This document shows, in pieces, positions 60,697 to 64,000 of a DNA stretch of 64,000 nt. Position 1 is the first letter of the stretch. Each line of letters begins with the position of its first letter. Origin of the DNA: an uncultured Acidobacteriota bacterium (lineage in GTDB: Bacteria; Acidobacteriota; Terriglobia; Bryobacterales; Bryobacteraceae); contig CAWKLV010000034.1 of the NCBI GenBank assembly GCA_963850575.1, positions 75,063 through 139,062 on the forward strand, written 5' to 3'. The notes under the pieces are model-generated. The model had not been told where the DNA came from, did not search any database, and was given only the letters and a program-made list of their open reading frames with translations. The position numbers were made by a program, and so were the translations under genes.

Positions 60697-60722
60697 GATC
60701 ACGGAGCATTAGGAAACTGCTC
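60697..60722. repeat. left copy of an imperfect direct repeat (att-like) flanking the HicAB/integrase segment
   Basis: GATCACGGAGCATTAGGAAACTGCT versus GATCACGCGAGCATTCGGAAACAGCT at 63080..63105: 23 matches over 26 aligned columns. Weaker similarity extends about 70 bp to the right of both copies. Confidence 0.5.
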
Positions 60723-60967
60723 GATTGTGGTGTTACGGGCAGGAAGTCCGCTTCGGGGACATGTCGGCTCGTGCGGATTCCGAGGATGTGAATGGACCGT
60801 TCCGACGGGATGTGATTAAAGTCGGAGCGTAGCGACGCTGGTATTTGCATGATGCCGGAATTTATTCACATGAGTCAAGAGTTTTCGGTGTGAAGCGGGG
60901 TTGGGGGTGTGGGGGAAGGGGACGGCGTTTGAGTCCACTTCCCCCGCCCAGCACTCCAGAAACCGGT

Positions 60968-61291
60968 TTACGACTCCTGGGAATCCGGCTTGCGGCCTCG
61001 GTTTTTACCCATGGATTCCCCGTTGAGCTCGATCCGATACGCGTTATGGACCAGCCGGTCGAGAATGCTGTCGGCGACGGTGGGATCGCCGATCTGTTCG
61101 TGCCAGTGAGCGACCGGCATCTGCGAGGTGAGTATCATGGATCGCCGCTCATACCGATCATCGCAGATTTCCAGAAAATCACGCCGCTCGCTATCTTTCA
61201 ACGGCGCCATGGCGAAGTCATCGAGCACGAGCACATCGATGCGGGAAAGCTTCACCAGCAGCAGCACCCGCCTTGAGTTGGAAGGTTCCAC
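60968..61291 (-). mobile_element. istB: IS21-family IstB helper ATPase, C-terminal fragment only
   Basis: IDVLVLDDFAMAPLKDSERRDFLEICDDRYERRSMILTSQMPVAHWHEQIGDPTVADSILDRLVHNAYRIELNGESMG matches the IstB C-terminal half. There is no Walker A region and no istA. Confidence 0.75.
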
Positions 61292-61522
61292 AAGTTACAG
61301 ACGCGGCATATCCGGGCAATGCTTCACTCGCGCGTGATTGCCTGATTGTGACTTATCCGTCGTTGTTCGGCCTCCTCGTCTTCAAGGAGTACGCGGCGAA
61401 CCCCATACCTTCAGTGTGCCGTGACGTGTGGAGCAGAACACGCGGTTGATGTGTACGCGCAGTCATTGTACGAGCCTTCTTTTCGAACCGCCAGCCGATC
61501 CGTACTGACAAGTCGGCCAGCA

Positions 61523-62476
61523 TCACTCAGACGTTGCTGTCCTTAGGCTCCAGCCCGATCCGATCGTGACCGCGTTTCTGAGCCGCTGCTTACAGCCGAT
61601 GTACCGCTCAGTCGTCTGGACGCTCTCATGACCGAGCAAATATTGAATCTGCTCGATCTCGCCGCCCGCGTCATGACACAACCGGGCGCACGTTCGCCGA
61701 AGGTCATGGGGAGCCACACCCGGCAAACCGCACGCGCGGCAGGCGGTCGTCACGATGGACCAGATTACTTTCGGACTGAAGCCGTTTGGCGCAACTCGGC
61801 CGGCCTTGTTGATCGCACGGAACATGGGTCCGGCAGTCACGGCCGCAGCGGTCAGCCATGCCTGAATGGCGGAGCCGACCCAATCTGGAACTGGAACGGT
61901 CCGGACGTGGCCACCTTTTCCGATCAGATCAGCAAACACCCAGTGCTCCTCACGGCGCTGGAGGTCCGCGAGCGTGACTGCTGCGAGTTCGGCACGGCGC
62001 AGCCCACAGCCGAGCAGTACCGCAATCATGGCGTAATCTCGTTTCCCGCGGAGTGTCGTGCGGTCGAAAGTCTGCGATAGCGTCTGGCCCTGGTCGATGG
62101 TCAGCCAGTTGCCGATTCGAACCCCATGCTTCCTCACGCCTTTCACGCGTCGGATGCCAGCTGCGAGATCAGGACTGAGGAGGCCGGCGTCGGAGGCCTC
62201 GTATGCAAGCCGACGAACCGCCGCCAAACGAAGGTTGATCGTCGAAGCTGCATAATGTGCCTGCTCCAGGAAGATGCGGTATCGAGTCACCACAGTCTTG
62301 TTGAATGCGAGCCTGGGCTCGGAACAGTACCAGTCCGTGAACTCACGGATCGCATGCTCGTAAGAACGCCGGGAACTCGGCGAGATCAGACTGTTGAGGA
62401 CGGCGGTCTTCGAGTGCTCCAGATCAGGCAGCCGGAGTACAGTTTTTGTGGTGCGCTTACGTTTTGGCTTTCGCAT
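61523..62476 (-). CDS. tyrosine-type site-specific recombinase/integrase
   Basis: N-terminal SAM-like core-binding domain. The catalytic domain has LLGCGLRRAEL, HDLRRTCARL and LLGHESVQTTERYIG (R..H-x-x-R..Y). Confidence 0.9.
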   Translation of the reverse strand: MRKPKRKRTTKTVLRLPDLEHSKTAVLNSLISPSSRRSYEHAIREFTDWYCSEPRLAFNKTVVTRYRIFLEQAHYAASTINLRLAAVRRLAYEASDAGLLSPDLAAGIRRVKGVRKHGVRIGNWLTIDQGQTLSQTFDRTTLRGKRDYAMIAVLLGCGLRRAELAAVTLADLQRREEHWVFADLIGKGGHVRTVPVPDWVGSAIQAWLTAAAVTAGPMFRAINKAGRVAPNGFSPKVIWSIVTTACRACGLPGVAPHDLRRTCARLCHDAGGEIEQIQYLLGHESVQTTERYIGCKQRLRNAVTIGSGWSLRTATSE

Positions 62477-62520
62477 TCCGCCATTCTGCGGACATCCGCA
62501 CCGATTTGGCGGAGTACAAT

Positions 62521-62730
62521 TCAGGCGAACAGGAGCCGGCCTCTGGGCTCAGGTATGGGTCGCCCGAGTTCACGGGCGGTCTCCAGCCATTCCGAGATGA
62601 CGACCTCTGCGTTGGCCAAAGCCTCCTGGCGTGTGGTCCCGTCAGCGGCACAGCCCGGGAGTTCCGGCACTTCGGCGATGAACGCCTGGTCCTCGTTGCT
62701 CCAGTAGAGGATGATCTCAAACTTGTTCAT
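62521..62730 (-). CDS. hicB: HicB family antitoxin
   Basis: FIAEVPELPGCAADGTTRQEALANAEVVISEWLE is the typical HicB/UPF0150 fold motif. 69 aa. Confidence 0.8.
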   Translation of the reverse strand: MNKFEIILYWSNEDQAFIAEVPELPGCAADGTTRQEALANAEVVISEWLETARELGRPIPEPRGRLLFA

Positions 62731-62978
62731 TCGAGTCCTTCCGCCAGTTTATAACGGACAATCACGTTGCGAACTTGCCGCACCTGATACGGTTTGGCCA
62801 TCGACCCGCGCGGCTGCAGATTCAGGATTTCCTCGATGCCTTCCCGGGTGAAAATGTGGTGGCTTCCGCGAACGCGTTCCTGAAATCCCAGATCTCTCAG
62901 GAGAAGGGCCAGGTCGCTGAACCGGATGTTGGCATCGGAAGCGCCGTGCAGGACCTGAAGCAACAGCCGTCTGTGCAC
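62727..62978 (-). CDS. hicA: HicA family toxin (mRNA interferase)
   Basis: LLRDLGFQERVRGSHHIFTREG...; 83 aa. The stop overlaps the hicB start (ATGA), with the usual hicA-then-hicB order. Confidence 0.75.
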   Translation of the reverse strand: MHRRLLLQVLHGASDANIRFSDLALLLRDLGFQERVRGSHHIFTREGIEEILNLQPRGSMAKPYQVRQVRNVIVRYKLAEGLE

Positions 62979-63079
62979 ACCTATAATATGCCTGACCGTG
63001 GCGAACTGCCTTCCCCGATGAGCAGCAAGCCGTGGCGATTAGTCCCCAGAAGTCGGCTTGTGGCAGCCGATTCTGTCTG

Positions 63080-63105
63080 GATCACGCGAGCATTCGGAAA
63101 CAGCT
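63080..63105. repeat. right copy of the imperfect direct repeat (att-like), just downstream of the DUF1501 stop
   Basis: See 60697..60722. Confidence 0.5.
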
Positions 63106-63114
63106 TCTGCCGGC

Positions 63115-64000
63115 TCAGGTCCACAGTTCGTGCACCGGCGCGTAAGCGAAGCGGTCCGTCTGTGGGACATACTCGAAATCCGCGCTTGAACGGATCGTCG
63201 TAGCGCACCGTTGTCCAGTCGATGCCCAGCGCCGAGTAGATGGTTGCCTCAATATCTTCCGGCTTGATCTCGCGGTCACCCGACCAGCCCGGATCGACAA
63301 TCGCCGCTCCCTGGCTGTCCGTTACACCGATCACTTTGCGCGCCGACACCTGGGCCCCGGCTACCATGACGGACTGCTGCAGATGGTGATCCCGTCCCGA
63401 GGTTGTATTCAGCGGACCCACCGTGCGCCCGAATTCACCGGTTGCCACAATGAGTGTCTGATCGAGAATTCCGTCCAGCTTCAGCTCTGCGATCAACTGC
63501 CCCACGCCTTTGTCGAATTGCGTCGCCATGGACTGTAGATTTGCGTTCGGAGCGTAGATGTTGGCGTGGTGATCCCAACTTCCAAATGAAATCTGCACGA
63601 AGCGTGTGCCCAGATTGCCGCGTATCAGATTCCGGGCAGTCAGGCACGCATTCCCGAAGCTCGAGTTTCCGTAAGCATTTCGGCGGGTCTGGTCGAAGTT
63701 GAACACCCCGTCGATCTCGCCGCTGTACATCATGCGCCGGGCATCCACGCTGAACTTCGTGTAATCATCCGCTGCCGGCCCGATCGTTGATCCGTTCCGC
63801 ATGTCCGAATCCAAATCCATCGCCAGGCCATACCTGCGATCCAGCGCGGGCGCGCCATCCGGATGTTTCGTATTGGTCAATCCGCCGCCGTTGGGACTGA
63901 CGTAAAATGGACCGTTCTGCGGTGGCAAATACCCTTGGCCGGGCCCCGATTGAGTATTGAGTGAGACGAACGTCGGCAGTACCTGATCACCGGTCTTCGA
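63115..64000 (-). CDS. DUF1501 domain protein (sulfatase-like fold), C-terminal part; continues beyond the window end; one frame change near 63172
   Basis: FGSWDHHANIY, TGEFGRTVG and SGRDHH are DUF1501 hallmarks. The frame is open to position 64000. The true C-terminus ...FEYVPQTDRFAYAPVHELWT* (ORF 63115..63300 frame) is reached if one C is removed after GGATTT. Confidence 0.75.

Larger units (their letters stand above)
60697..63105. mobile_element. small integrated element remnant (IstB fragment, tyrosine recombinase, HicAB) bounded by direct repeats
   Basis: Mobile-type gene content, direct repeats at both ends, and an insertion between two convergent chromosomal genes at the 3' end of the DUF1501 gene. 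Confidence 0.45.

Noticed and set aside
1-64000. Search for CRISPR arrays, rRNA genes or tRNA genes anywhere in the window.
   Set aside because: I saw no regularly spaced direct repeats, no rRNA-like conserved strings and no complete cloverleaf candidate.

Overview
This is a high-GC (about 60%) chromosomal segment. By inference it comes from an Acidobacteriota (Solibacter/Bryobacter-like) genome. The hallmarks are TIGR03437-type C-terminal Ig-like domains, a CarboxypepD_reg-type TonB-dependent receptor, a Ser/Thr kinase fused to a TolB-like propeller, DUF1501, and BNR and SBBP repeat proteins. Most of the content is ordinary housekeeping and envelope genes: rlmB, ggt, asnS, arginase, ddl, an S41 protease, sodA, gltBD, argC-argB-NAGS, hutI-ftcD, rsmA, an ABC-2 exporter, bpt, an M16 peptidase pair and several regulators. 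Three things stand out. (1) Many conserved genes are interrupted by reading-frame changes, packed most densely in 13.3-30.4 kb (gltB alone changes frame about 10 times). The peptide fragments remain canonical and most junctions I could resolve look like one extra base, so I read this mainly as sequence or assembly indel error rather than gene decay. (2) A roughly 2.4 kb integrated remnant (HicAB, a tyrosine recombinase, an IS21 IstB fragment) lies between two imperfect direct repeats that duplicate the 3' end of the DUF1501 gene. (3) Several small unannotated elements are present, including a 48-aa zinc-ribbon ORF whose start overlaps the gltD stop, a perfect 24-bp dyad, and a 16-nt motif shared by two upstream regions. 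I found no rRNA, tRNA or CRISPR array, and I cannot point to a clearly novel multi-gene system. The findings are leads only, and none is supported by a database search.
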